From an uncultured Gammaproteobacteria bacterium (lineage in GTDB: Bacteria; Patescibacteriota; Patescibacteriia; UBA9934), in NCBI GenBank assembly GCA_964414795.1, contig CAYPWV010000002.1:5057-69056 (forward strand): a stretch of DNA of 64,000 bases, written 5' to 3'. The translations under genes were made by a program, and so were the position numbers. The notes under the pieces are model-generated. The model was given only the letters and a program-made list of their open reading frames with translations, was not told the DNA's origin and searched no databases. This document shows, piece after piece, positions 9,429 to 18,965 of the stretch. The first letter of the stretch is position 1. Each line of letters opens with the position of its first letter.

Positions 9429-10490
9429 CTACTCCTCGACGTATTCGTGGAATGGCTCTTCCTGAATTGGGCTCCAATCTGCCCGCGTCGGAGCATCGGC
9501 ACTACTATACCGAATAGCTTTCCCTTTTGTCGTGTAGACTGATGCGCCGATTTTTTTAAGGGCGTTGGTGACTTTCTTTGCAGGATGTTTAGTCGATTCC
9601 TTTGGAGCAGAAACGTAAGCGACCTGCGCTTTAATCCTCTTTAGGAGGCTACTGCTAAGATTTCTCTTGCTTCCGTGATGTGGAACGTCAAGAAAATGCA
9701 GGTCGGTTAATGCGATTCCCGATGTCTCAGCATAATTTGATGCATTATGAAGGGCGGTTTTTCCAGCATCTCCTGTAAACAGCATTTTGTGACCATCTAG
9801 GTTAAAGAGAATCACAGTACTCGTATTGTTCTCAGCGGAAGTCGTATCTTCGTCGTCGTTCAACAGGTCAATATCAAGGCTATCACGGATACTATTTACG
9901 ATATCTTCCGCTGCTTTTCTTATCGCCCCAAGAATACCCAATGCGTCTTTTGGTTGCGGTGTCCCGCGAAAATGCGGCAATAAGGACTGATAGTATTCCA
10001 TCGATGGACCCAGTACGTGAATCATTCCATTCATCCCACTAACGCCTTGAAACGGCTCAACTACCGTGATGTTTTTCCCTTTGGCGAGCGATTCGAGATC
10101 GCTTGCATGTTGGAGAGATTTTTCCAATTTCTCTTCAAGACCAGACGCGGTGATTCTGCCATTAACAAAAAGGCTCTTGATATCTTCGGCGTGTTCCCAG
10201 GGTTTATGCATCACAAGAGTTCCGACTCGCATCTGCTCCAAGACCACGCACAGTCCTGAGGCATGATCTGCATCTGGATGTGTAGAGATTACAAAGTCAA
10301 CAAAGTCTGTTCCTCCGTAATAGAGCTTGATGTGTTCAACCAAGGCGGTGCCAGAGTCCTTAGTCCCACCATCAATCACAATTACGGTCTGCTCTTCACG
10401 CGAACCCGCAAGGTTTCCAAAACGCAATGCGATCGCATCTCCGCCCCTTTCACCTTCTCCCACTGGGAGATAGTCAATTTCGTAAGCCAT
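9429..10490 (-). CDS. MBL-fold metallo-hydrolase (ComEC/Rec2-related beta-lactamase fold)
   Basis: 'ISTHPDADHASGL' (H-x-D-x-DH metal site). 'LDVPHHGS' downstream His motif. Confidence 0.65.
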   Translation of the reverse strand: MAYEIDYLPVGEGERGGDAIALRFGNLAGSREEQTVIVIDGGTKDSGTALVEHIKLYYGGTDFVDFVISTHPDADHASGLCVVLEQMRVGTLVMHKPWEHAEDIKSLFVNGRITASGLEEKLEKSLQHASDLESLAKGKNITVVEPFQGVSGMNGMIHVLGPSMEYYQSLLPHFRGTPQPKDALGILGAIRKAAEDIVNSIRDSLDIDLLNDDEDTTSAENNTSTVILFNLDGHKMLFTGDAGKTALHNASNYAETSGIALTDLHFLDVPHHGSKRNLSSSLLKRIKAQVAYVSAPKESTKHPAKKVTNALKKIGASVYTTKGKAIRYSSADAPTRADWSPIQEEPFHEYVEE

Positions 10491-10497
10491 ATGAACT

Positions 10498-11148
10498 TTA
10501 CTTTTTTAATTTTGGATCTTTCATCACCTCCACAACCACACCACTGATTCGGAACGTGTCTTTTTCGTCCTCGTGAATGTAAATCGGCGAATACGATTTT
10601 TCCTTCGAATCTGAGGCGAGGATGATCTGCTCGTTTTCCTCGTCCTTAACCAGACGTTTGATGTTTGCAACGTCACCGATGACTGATAACACGTACTTAC
10701 CGCTTGGCGGATCAGTTTGTCCGGAATCGACAATTGCAAAGTCGCCATCGTCAATCGTTTTACCGTTAAGCGATGCATCATTCATTGAGTTTCCACTCAC
10801 GCGCACCGCGAATACCTTGCCGCGGGTCTTGGGAAGAAGTGACTTTGATACATGCAGATACCCCTGAAGGGTTTCATCTGCAAAAATGGTCGCTGGACCA
10901 GCGTTTGCGCTACCAAAAATAGGAATGAGCAGAAGCCCGTCCACTGTTTTCCTAGAAACATCAATTTTTTTAACGATCTTTCGGTCAAAGCTCGCCTTCA
11001 AAAGACCTGCCGAAACAAGCTTCTCGAAGTGGTGCTTCACCTGCTGTGGATGAGGCTGACCGATAAGCTCGCCGATCTTCCGCAAACTTAAACTTCCGAG
11101 GTCGTGTTTCTTTGCCAGCTCCAAGATTTTTTGTTGAATTTCATGCAT
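10498..11148 (-). CDS. LexA/phage-CI-like repressor (HTH + peptidase S24)
   Basis: N-terminal HTH ('LSLRKIGELIGQ...'). S24 'GNSMND' Ser motif. Downstream 'IKRL' Lys. Confidence 0.75.
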   Translation of the reverse strand: MHEIQQKILELAKKHDLGSLSLRKIGELIGQPHPQQVKHHFEKLVSAGLLKASFDRKIVKKIDVSRKTVDGLLLIPIFGSANAGPATIFADETLQGYLHVSKSLLPKTRGKVFAVRVSGNSMNDASLNGKTIDDGDFAIVDSGQTDPPSGKYVLSVIGDVANIKRLVKDEENEQIILASDSKEKSYSPIYIHEDEKDTFRISGVVVEVMKDPKLKK

Positions 11149-11261
11149 ATTTCAAAATAATGATACAGGATAGTACATAATAGTCAAGTGGATAATTTGA
11201 CAGACTTGACACTCATAAACGTCCTCGATAAAATACCTTCATAATTCATTAAACTAATGGT

Positions 11262-11480
11262 ATGGATATCGGGCAAGAACAAATTCAAACATCATGCCCG
11301 GGGTGCGAGGCTCCAATCTCCCTCTCCATCAATGACGTGAGGGAGGAAAAATCAGTGGTCTGTCCGGGGTGCGGGAAAGACGTTGCGCTCAAGAAAGACC
11401 AATCGGTCGATAAGGTCATTGACGACGTGAACGCGTCCGTTGAGGACTTGCTCGGAACGATTCGCAGGTTCGGTAAGTAA
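11262..11480 (+). CDS. small zinc-ribbon protein (72 aa)
   Basis: 'CPGCEAP...CPGCGK' has two CxxC pairs. Confidence 0.4.
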   Translation: MDIGQEQIQTSCPGCEAPISLSINDVREEKSVVCPGCGKDVALKKDQSVDKVIDDVNASVEDLLGTIRRFGK

Positions 11481-11723
11481 AGACAGGATACGGTTACGCG
11501 TTCTTTAAAAATCCAATTACTCCTACGTTTGTGGTGGTACACCGTTATTGCTAAGGAGAACACTGAAACGCCACATAAAATAAACAGTTAGACAAACAAA
11601 CGTAGCCAAAGTGCGAGGGAAAGCTCCTACTCTTACCAAAGTTATAGGCATTAGGTCGAGTACATAAAAACTTATCAGTCTTAGTTTTTTTGTATTTAAC
11701 TTAATGCCCATTCGTTCCATATA

Positions 11724-11757
11724 AAAATCCTAACCTGATCGGTTGGGATTTTTTTCA
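11724..11757 (+). terminator. rho-independent terminator-like hairpin
   Basis: 'aaaaatcctaacc-tgatc-ggttgggattttttt': 9-bp stem including one G:U, followed by a T7 run. Confidence 0.4.
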
Positions 11758-11783
11758 TTCCCTTATTATTCACGCTTCGTTAT

Positions 11784-13067
11784 ATGTCAGAAATATCCAA
11801 AGGTTCAATAAAAGTGGAGTACGTCGCTACAGACGCACTCACCACGCCAGGCTTCAATCCGAGAAAACACGATGAGATCGCGGAAGAAAAACTCAAAGAG
11901 AGCATTAGACGATTTGGCATGCTTGACCCCCTGATTGTGAATTCCGCACCAAAGCGGAAGAACATTGTGATAGGAGGAAATTTCCGCCTATCAGTCGCTA
12001 AATCACTCGGCTTTACTCAAGTGCCCGTCGTCTACGTCAACATTCCGAATCTTGAAAAAGAGAAGGAGCTCAACGTCAGGTTAAATAGAAATACTGGCGA
12101 GTGGAATTGGGATCTCCTCAAGGAGTTTAACATGGATATGCTCATCGAAGTAGGGTTCGACGAAACTGACCTCAGCCACATTTGGGATGACACACTCTCC
12201 GTCGAGGAAGACGACTTCGATTCCGCAAAAGTCGCGGCGGCGATCAAAAAGCCAAAGACGAAATCAGGTGAGAAGTTTCAGCTCGGAAATCACGTTCTCC
12301 TCTGTGGCGATTCCACGGATCCGAAAGTGGTCGCGGATGTCATGGGCAAACATAGGATAGACATGCTTTACGCAGATAGTCCCTACAATATTTCGCTGGA
12401 TTACTCAAAAGGCATTTCAACGAATGGCAAGTACGGTGGCAATGTCGATGACAGCAAATCTCCAGCGGAATATCGCGCATTCTTGAAGTCATGTATCGAA
12501 AACGCGAAAGCGGTTGCCAAGCCCGACGCGCACTTCTTCATGTGGTGCGACCAGTCGTACATAGGACTTCTTCAGTCGCTTTACGAAGAGCTGAGCGTGA
12601 AGAACAGACGCGTGTGTTTATGGGTGAAGAACAATTTCAACATGACACCCCAGATCGCGTTCAACAAGGGCTACGAGCCAGTGGTATATGGAACGATTGG
12701 CTCGCCATATCTCTGCGACAAGGTGATGAACCTCACCGAGATTCTCAACCGCGATATCCAGCCCGGTAATCGTACCATCGACGACATCATTGATGTGTTC
12801 GATTTGTGGCTCGCCAAGCGTCTCAACGCTCAGGATTACACCACGCCAACCGAGAAGCCCGTATCACTTCACGAGAAGCCGCTTAGACGCTGTACGAAGC
12901 CCGGAGACATCGTCCTCGATCTCTTTGGAGGATCGGGTAGCACGATGGCTGCCTGCGAGCAGATGAAGCGAAAGTCATTCACCATTGAAAAAGATCCAGT
13001 GTTCTGTGACGTAATCATCCAACGATATGAAAAACTCACCAACCAAAAAGCAAAGCGCATCAATTAA
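11784..13067 (+). CDS. ParB-like nuclease domain fused to a beta-class DNA (N6-adenine/N4-cytosine) methyltransferase
   Basis: N-terminal ParB/Srx-like ('LDPLIVNSAP...GGNFRL'). Methyltransferase motif IV 'DSPYN'. Motifs 'TPTEKP' and 'FGGSGST' (motif I). Order IV then I indicates beta class. Confidence 0.8.
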   Translation: MSEISKGSIKVEYVATDALTTPGFNPRKHDEIAEEKLKESIRRFGMLDPLIVNSAPKRKNIVIGGNFRLSVAKSLGFTQVPVVYVNIPNLEKEKELNVRLNRNTGEWNWDLLKEFNMDMLIEVGFDETDLSHIWDDTLSVEEDDFDSAKVAAAIKKPKTKSGEKFQLGNHVLLCGDSTDPKVVADVMGKHRIDMLYADSPYNISLDYSKGISTNGKYGGNVDDSKSPAEYRAFLKSCIENAKAVAKPDAHFFMWCDQSYIGLLQSLYEELSVKNRRVCLWVKNNFNMTPQIAFNKGYEPVVYGTIGSPYLCDKVMNLTEILNRDIQPGNRTIDDIIDVFDLWLAKRLNAQDYTTPTEKPVSLHEKPLRRCTKPGDIVLDLFGGSGSTMAACEQMKRKSFTIEKDPVFCDVIIQRYEKLTNQKAKRIN

Positions 13068-13833
13068 TCTCGGGGACATTTTTGTCCTGGGGAATCATCG
13101 CCTCGTATACGGGGACTCACGAGATGTGAAACTCGTAGATAAGCTATTCGGAAAGGATCGTGCTAGCCTCATGCTTCTAGATCCGCCTTATGGAGTAGCC
13201 TACGTGGAAAGCAAAAGCGGATTTAAACAGAAGCTCGGGAAAGAAAAGATCATCGCGAACGATCACTCGCAATCCGACGAAGAATATCGGCAATTCACCA
13301 AAGATTGGTTGGAGCCGATAAGGCATCATCTCGCTCCAAAGAATACCTACTACATCTTCAACTCGGACAAGATGATCTTTGCCATGCGCGAAGGCATCCT
13401 CGACGCGGGATTCAAGTTCACTCAACTCCTCATATGGGCGAAGTCACACGCAGTCATTGGTCGCATGGACTACCTCCCTCAGCACGAGTTGATCGCCTAT
13501 GGTTGGTACGGCACGCACAAGTTCATGAAGTCCAAGGACAAGACAATCCTCATTTATCCGAAGCCCTCAAACTCGAAGGCACACCCGACCATGAAACCTA
13601 TCGGATTGTTGCGGCGGCTCATCATGAACAGCTCGAGTATCCATGAAGTCGTCTACGATGGGTTCCTCGGAAGCGGATCAACACTCATAGCTTGCGAAGA
13701 TACACGACGGCGATGTTATGGAGTGGAAATTGAACCAGAATACATTGCAACGATTATCAAACGGTTCGAGGAAAAAACAGGGATCAAAGCAAAGTTGATA
13801 GAAAACGCATATGAAAAAACAAGTACCAAGTAA
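13027..13833 (+). CDS. DNA methyltransferase (beta-class N6A/N4C; DPPY family)
   Basis: 'LLDPPYGV', 'HPTMKP', 'FLGSGST'. Overlaps the upstream methyltransferase by 41 nt. Confidence 0.8.
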   Translation: MKNSPTKKQSASINLGDIFVLGNHRLVYGDSRDVKLVDKLFGKDRASLMLLDPPYGVAYVESKSGFKQKLGKEKIIANDHSQSDEEYRQFTKDWLEPIRHHLAPKNTYYIFNSDKMIFAMREGILDAGFKFTQLLIWAKSHAVIGRMDYLPQHELIAYGWYGTHKFMKSKDKTILIYPKPSNSKAHPTMKPIGLLRRLIMNSSSIHEVVYDGFLGSGSTLIACEDTRRRCYGVEIEPEYIATIIKRFEEKTGIKAKLIENAYEKTSTK

Positions 13834-14260
13834 GGTCATTGAACGCCAGGATGACAAGAAAAGTGAGATGATCGAACAGTTGAAGCGAACGCCGATCGTG
13901 CAAGTTGCGTGCGAAAAGGTCGGGATCGGTCGCGCAACATATTACCGCTGGCTCAAAGACGATGACGACTTTCACGTTCAATCGCAACAGGCAATCATCG
14001 AAGGCAATTCACTCGTGAGCGACATGGCAGAAAGTCACATGATCAGCATGATTCGAAACGGCAACCTCGGCGCTATTACGTTTTGGCTCAAACATCGTCA
14101 CCGTGCTTACGGAACGCGCGTTGATCTGAACGCCAGCGTTCGCGTCGATCGTCCGCTTACACAAGAAGAGGAAGAAGCGATCGGTCGCGCGCTCACCCTC
14201 GGAAACGTCATTTCGAGCGAAATCACTCCCTATGAAAACGGAAACGGAGAATCTGAATGA
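13811..14260 (+). CDS. phage terminase small subunit-like protein (HTH)
   Basis: 'VACEKVGIGRATYYRWLKDDD' HTH. Position immediately upstream of and overlapping the terminase large subunit gene. Confidence 0.5.
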   Translation: MKKQVPSKVIERQDDKKSEMIEQLKRTPIVQVACEKVGIGRATYYRWLKDDDDFHVQSQQAIIEGNSLVSDMAESHMISMIRNGNLGAITFWLKHRHRAYGTRVDLNASVRVDRPLTQEEEEAIGRALTLGNVISSEITPYENGNGESE

Positions 14261-15683
14261 GCTGATGGAGCGGGTGCAGAAAGACAGAAGGTTCCGAACG
14301 GGACTGACTGGAAAGAGTCATTTCTGGTTCTTCCACGTCTACTTCTCGGAATACATTACTTGCGAGACTGCGCCGTTTCAAAAAGAACTCCTCAATCTGA
14401 CCGAGCAAAACTACGCAATGCTCGTTGTTTTGGCGTTTCGTGGCTCAGCAAAGTCCACGATCTGCACGATGTCGCTCGCCCTGTGGTCGATCCTTGGGAT
14501 ACCACAAAAGAAGTTCGTGCTGATTGTCTGCCAAACACAGGCACAAGCGCGTTTCCACTTGCAAAACCTTCGGCGTGAAATGGAGGGTAACGCCTTGTTG
14601 CGGGATGACCTCGGACCATTCGCGGAACACGACGAAGAGTGGAATTCTGGATCGCTCGTGATACCAAAGTTTGGCGCGAGGATTACTGCCGTATCGCTCG
14701 AGCAAAGCGTGCGTGGATTACGTCATGGGGCACATCGTCCTGATCTCATCATCTGTGATGATATCGAGGACTTAGCATCCGTAAAGACACGCGAGTCACG
14801 TCAGAAAACCTATCAATGGTTTACACGTGATCTCATTCCTGTTGGCGACACGAAGACAAATATCGTCGTCGTTGGAAACCTACTCCACGAAGATTCGCTC
14901 ATAAGCCGAATTAAGGAAGAAATTGAGAAAGGAGAACGAACGGGAAAAGTTGTCGAGTATCCGTTGCTTGACGAGGCAGGAAAGCCGTTATGGCCTGGGA
15001 AATATAAAACGAAGGAGGACATCGAGGAACTCAGGAAAAAGATCGTTGATGAAGTTGCGTGGTCGATGGAATATCTGCTCAAGATCGTGTCCGACGTTGA
15101 ACGAGTCGTCCAGTTGGATTGGATACAGAGATATCCCGATGAACTGTTGCATCTGCCACGATACGCGGAACCGCTAACCATGATCATCGGAGTGGATCTC
15201 GCTATTTCGGAGAAGGATACTGCGGATTACACAGCGATTGTTCCCGTGGTCGTGACGGGGAGCGGTGTGGATACGCAAGTGTATGTCATGCCGCACATTA
15301 CGAACAAACGAATGCCATTTGCCGTTCAAGTGGATACGATCGTTTTTCTCTATCGCCAAATGATGGGGAGATATAGCGTCACGGTTGTCGTTGAAGACGT
15401 CGGCTATCAACGTGCGCTCATTCAAACACTTGAGGAGCGGGGCTGTAGGGTAACGGCATTCAAAGTCGGAAACGTCGACAAACGATCTCGTCTCACGATG
15501 GTTTCACCGAGGATTCGTGATGGAAATATTCTCTTTCCGATTACCGGCGTTGATGCACTGATTTCGCAGATCACGGGATTCGGCGTTGAAAAGCATGACG
15601 ATCTGATGGACGCGTTCGTCATGGCGGCAAGCTATTGTTTCGACAAAGTATCAAATAGGTCGAGCGTCAGGTTGAGAAAGTGA
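14232..15683 (+). CDS. phage terminase large subunit (ATPase + RNase H-like nuclease)
   Basis: Walker A 'FRGSAKST'. Walker B 'DLIICDDIED'. C-terminal nuclease region 'IIGVDLAISEKDTADYTAIV'. Confidence 0.8.
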   Translation: MKTETENLNELMERVQKDRRFRTGLTGKSHFWFFHVYFSEYITCETAPFQKELLNLTEQNYAMLVVLAFRGSAKSTICTMSLALWSILGIPQKKFVLIVCQTQAQARFHLQNLRREMEGNALLRDDLGPFAEHDEEWNSGSLVIPKFGARITAVSLEQSVRGLRHGAHRPDLIICDDIEDLASVKTRESRQKTYQWFTRDLIPVGDTKTNIVVVGNLLHEDSLISRIKEEIEKGERTGKVVEYPLLDEAGKPLWPGKYKTKEDIEELRKKIVDEVAWSMEYLLKIVSDVERVVQLDWIQRYPDELLHLPRYAEPLTMIIGVDLAISEKDTADYTAIVPVVVTGSGVDTQVYVMPHITNKRMPFAVQVDTIVFLYRQMMGRYSVTVVVEDVGYQRALIQTLEERGCRVTAFKVGNVDKRSRLTMVSPRIRDGNILFPITGVDALISQITGFGVEKHDDLMDAFVMAASYCFDKVSNRSSVRLRK

Positions 15684-16199
15684 TGGCTGGGGTCGCGTGT
15701 CCTCAAAGTCCCACTGGAGGATCAGAAAGTTTTCAGGAGTCAGTCCGTACTTCAAACATGCTTCGAGCCAAGTGATCTGTGATCCTCTCACAGAATCGCG
15801 CTTTTTGCGTTTCGATTCTACGAACAGGAGTTTATCGTTCCTCCATGCAATTACGTCCCAACAGCCTTTGTACGAGTTGTTATTCAGCTTCGCAATGCCA
15901 GCCAACGTGTCCGTAATCCATCGTTCCTGAATCGGCACGTTTACCTGATCTTTATATGGCGCATCTTTCCACTGCGTGAGATAAATCGGTTCTTTATTTC
16001 CTCGTCCGTACACCTCAACCCATCGCGTTTCATAGTCGTCTCGTTTCATGGTTTCCGCGATAGCCAGCTCGGCGAACATCGGCTTGCCGTCGATATCAAT
16101 CAAACCCTTATTCCCGAACGTGTGGTTGATTGGCGCACCAGACCACCGTCGAAAAAGCATGTCACGTTCTGGAATGGGTACTGAGCCGAGGATAGGCAT
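15651..16199 (-). CDS. PD-(D/E)xK nuclease, VRR-NUC-like
   Basis: 'CWDVIAWRNDKLLFVESKRKKRDSVRGSQITWLEA' follows the D...E-x-K...Q pattern of VRR-NUC. Confidence 0.5.
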   Translation of the reverse strand: MPILGSVPIPERDMLFRRWSGAPINHTFGNKGLIDIDGKPMFAELAIAETMKRDDYETRWVEVYGRGNKEPIYLTQWKDAPYKDQVNVPIQERWITDTLAGIAKLNNNSYKGCWDVIAWRNDKLLFVESKRKKRDSVRGSQITWLEACLKYGLTPENFLILQWDFEDTRPQPSLSQPDARPI

Positions 16200-16221
16200 A
16201 TGATGCGATGCTGTTCATCGA

Positions 16222-16755
16222 TCAATCCTCTGAGGGATACTGCCGTGTTATCTCTGTACCGTCCGTGTAATGGACACGGATCACCTTTGCTTTTGTTACC
16301 TTCGTTGCTCCGCTGAAAGCAGTAAGGTTCCAATACATCGGCTCCGAGTCTCCCGGCGCGATCACGTCCTGTGATCTTACGAGGAGAGAGTTATCATTCG
16401 GGTCACCCCATTCGCCAGCAGGTTCGTCAAAGTTATTGTAAAAGCTCGCCGTAATTTCGATACCGTCCATGGTCTTTTCTGAAGTGTTCTTCACCACCAT
16501 GTGAAGCTCGGGAATGCCGATGGAATTATTTTCAATGCTCGCGGATACGATGAAGGAATCAAGGAGAGCATTCGTCGCCAACTTCTCAGCCTCGATCACT
16601 GCTTTCTGTTCCGCGGTGAGTTCGGGTGCCTTTGGAGTGATGATGGCGAGGAAACCAAGTGACCCGACAAGAAAAATTGATAAGCCAATCACGAACTTCT
16701 TCATCCAACTCATGGGTTGTTTCTTCATCACCGAGGTATTTGTCGTTTGCGACAT
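16222..16755 (-). CDS. membrane-anchored or secreted hypothetical protein (177 aa)
   Basis: N-terminal TM 'FVIGLSIFLVGSLGFLAII'. Confidence 0.45.
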   Translation of the reverse strand: MSQTTNTSVMKKQPMSWMKKFVIGLSIFLVGSLGFLAIITPKAPELTAEQKAVIEAEKLATNALLDSFIVSASIENNSIGIPELHMVVKNTSEKTMDGIEITASFYNNFDEPAGEWGDPNDNSLLVRSQDVIAPGDSEPMYWNLTAFSGATKVTKAKVIRVHYTDGTEITRQYPSED

Positions 16756-17073
16756 ACGCGGGTGGTTAGGGATTAGAACCCCGCGATGTCGCTAAAAACA
16801 AAAGCGACACCCGGTGGTGTCTAGCCCCAATCTCCGTACGGATCGTACGAAAATTGTTTTAACCGGATGCCGCTCACTGCGTGCGATCCGATAAGCAAAA
16901 TTTGCCCCTGTAAGGAGATTGAAGCTAGACCATGAAAGTATAGCTTACAAATCGCCTAAAGTGAAGTCCGAGTTACCAACTGCTCAACCCCTTCCTTACC
17001 CTTGTACTTATTGGGCTTTTCAAGGGTTTTTAGGACTAGACAGTCCCAACCCTTGTGGCATTACTTGTCGTGT

Positions 17074-17535
17074 ATGAAAAACGAACTCGAACTGAAAATA
17101 GACCTCGACGTGATCGATTTACCCGTCATGGCAGAGGGAGAATATGACGAAATCGCAAAGGTACTCGACGTGCCAACCGAAGCAGTTGTGACGGCTGCAC
17201 TATTTCGTTGCAACGGCGGATTCCTCGCATTTATTACGTCAGCGAATCGTCGTCTAAACTATGCGGCAATATTCGGCAAAACAAAGTTACAGTGGTGCAC
17301 GGTGCCGAATAGCGAGGAGATGTGCGAACTCGGCTCGATTGATCGAACAAATCCATTTTTCCTCGCTTCAAATCAGCGTGTACAGATGATTATCGACGCA
17401 AAACTTCTTGATCAGAAAAACATCGTTGTTCTCCTTGGGGATCACCGAGCGATAAAAACGACCCTGAATCACTTCATGGTCGGAACGATGCCGAAAGTGC
17501 AAGGAGGAATTTCACTTCCGAAAAAGTTCGAGTAA
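17074..17535 (+). CDS. YbaK/ProX-like aminoacyl-tRNA deacylase domain protein (tentative)
   Basis: Pattern 'CNGG...AFITSAN', 'GSIDRTNPFFL', 'MIIDAKLL', 'VVLLGDHRAIKTTL' parallels the YbaK blocks (GGISPLG, TIIDA, VSGGKRG). Start at the internal ATG 17074. Confidence 0.45.
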   Translation: MKNELELKIDLDVIDLPVMAEGEYDEIAKVLDVPTEAVVTAALFRCNGGFLAFITSANRRLNYAAIFGKTKLQWCTVPNSEEMCELGSIDRTNPFFLASNQRVQMIIDAKLLDQKNIVVLLGDHRAIKTTLNHFMVGTMPKVQGGISLPKKFE

Positions 17536-17544
17536 GCATTGACG

Positions 17545-18372
17545 CTATGATCCTATTAACTCCAACAAAGCCGACCGATTGATCTCCCAGTCGCTTTTGT
17601 CGTGACTGGATATCTCGACGGTAATTGCCGGTTTTCCCGTTGTGTTCGTGAACCATTGCGTGGCAGTGCCTGAATAGTTCCAATCATTATAAATCGTATA
17701 GCCGGTCTTGTTGGCATACCAGTCTCCGAGGGCTACGGACTCGGCGTTCGCCTCGGGGGAAATCACGCCGCCTTGCGAGTGGAAGGCGAGCATCATATCT
17801 GGCGCGCATTCCTGAACTACCTCGCGCAACGCACGTGCTTCGGCTTCTGAAAACGGTTCCGTTCCGGCAAAGGTTTCTTCGTCTGGATACGTTGTCCAAC
17901 CTTGCGTTTCAAAGTTACGGTTCAGATTTACACCGTTTGCGTTCGTACGATACAAATCTTCCATGTATCCATCGGGATTAAGGAGTGGAATAATCACAAC
18001 CTTCTTCTCAAAAGAAAGAATACTCGGCTGGGCAGCTATTTCATCGGCAAATGTTCGCAACATGTCCACCGCGCCTTTTTCATTGCCATGAATCCCAGCA
18101 AAGAAGAGAAGACAACTGCCCCCGCTTCCAAATTGATAGGCATCGATGGCACGTCCATTCTCCGAATAGCGGATGATTCGTTTTGTGGCAATCTCCTCCG
18201 CGAGCGCAGGTTCCGTGACGACCGTCTCGATCTGTTTGGTGGTGAGTGTTTGTTGTGGCTGAGGGGTATCGGTCGCTGGAATAGCACGAAACAAAACCAA
18301 GACAAGTATTGGAATCGGCACGATAAGAACTAGAAGCAAACGATGTCGGTTCATACCTCGTGGTGAGCGCAT
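17545..18372 (-). CDS. M14-family zinc carboxypeptidase-like protein
   Basis: 'HGNEKG' (HxxE zinc site), 'NPDG', 'NRNF' motifs. N-terminal TM. Confidence 0.7.
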   Translation of the reverse strand: MRSPRGMNRHRLLLVLIVPIPILVLVLFRAIPATDTPQPQQTLTTKQIETVVTEPALAEEIATKRIIRYSENGRAIDAYQFGSGGSCLLFFAGIHGNEKGAVDMLRTFADEIAAQPSILSFEKKVVIIPLLNPDGYMEDLYRTNANGVNLNRNFETQGWTTYPDEETFAGTEPFSEAEARALREVVQECAPDMMLAFHSQGGVISPEANAESVALGDWYANKTGYTIYNDWNYSGTATQWFTNTTGKPAITVEISSHDKSDWEINRSALLELIGS

Positions 18373-18962
18373 TCCTCTTTTGACTCTCGAAGAACATCAA
18401 TCGCGCTCTTCAGTACATAGCACCCAATAGCAAGCGCGATGATGATATCTGGCCACTTTGACGACGTTGCCATGACGAACAAACCACCGACGAGAACTCC
18501 CGTGTTGGCAAGAAGGTCGTTCCGCGAACAAATCCACGCCGAGCGGATATTGATCCCGCCCTTCTTATAACGCGACAGCATCGCGAAGCATAGCGCGTTC
18601 ACTGCCAGAGCAAGCAAACCGATCCCTGTCATAACTGAACCCTGAACGTCAATCGGGCTAAAGATTTTCCCGATGGCCTCGCCAATGACCACGAGTGCCA
18701 GGATTGCCATGATGATACCCTTCGCCATGGACACGCGTCCTTCCCACAACTCGGTTTTATAGAGCGACCAAATGCTCAGACCGTACACGAGAGCGTCTCC
18801 AAGCATATCGAGCGAGTCCGCAAGGATGGCGCTCGAGTGAGCGGCAAGTCCGGCATAGACTTCGACAAAAAACATGACGCTATTCAAAAAAAGGACGATC
18901 CAGAGCATCGACTTCTGTTGCGTGATATTTTCTTTGGGTGGGATTGAGCAGCAATCAGACAT
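18351..18962 (-). CDS. cation diffusion facilitator (CDF) transporter, membrane domain only
   Basis: 'HSSAILADSLDMLGDALVYGLS' CDF signature. 203 aa without the cytoplasmic C-terminal domain. Confidence 0.65.
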   Translation of the reverse strand: MSDCCSIPPKENITQQKSMLWIVLFLNSVMFFVEVYAGLAAHSSAILADSLDMLGDALVYGLSIWSLYKTELWEGRVSMAKGIIMAILALVVIGEAIGKIFSPIDVQGSVMTGIGLLALAVNALCFAMLSRYKKGGINIRSAWICSRNDLLANTGVLVGGLFVMATSSKWPDIIIALAIGCYVLKSAIDVLRESKEECAHHEV

Positions 18963-18965
18963 AGG

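Noticed and set aside
16756-17073. Possible ncRNA or att site in the gap between 16222..16755 (-) and the YbaK-like gene, which contains the small hairpin 'gtcgct-aaaaacaaaa-agcgac' and repeated 'cccttgt' motifs
   Set aside because: It lies in a divergent promoter region. The hairpin is short and A-rich in the loop. No clear repeat partner was found elsewhere in the window.
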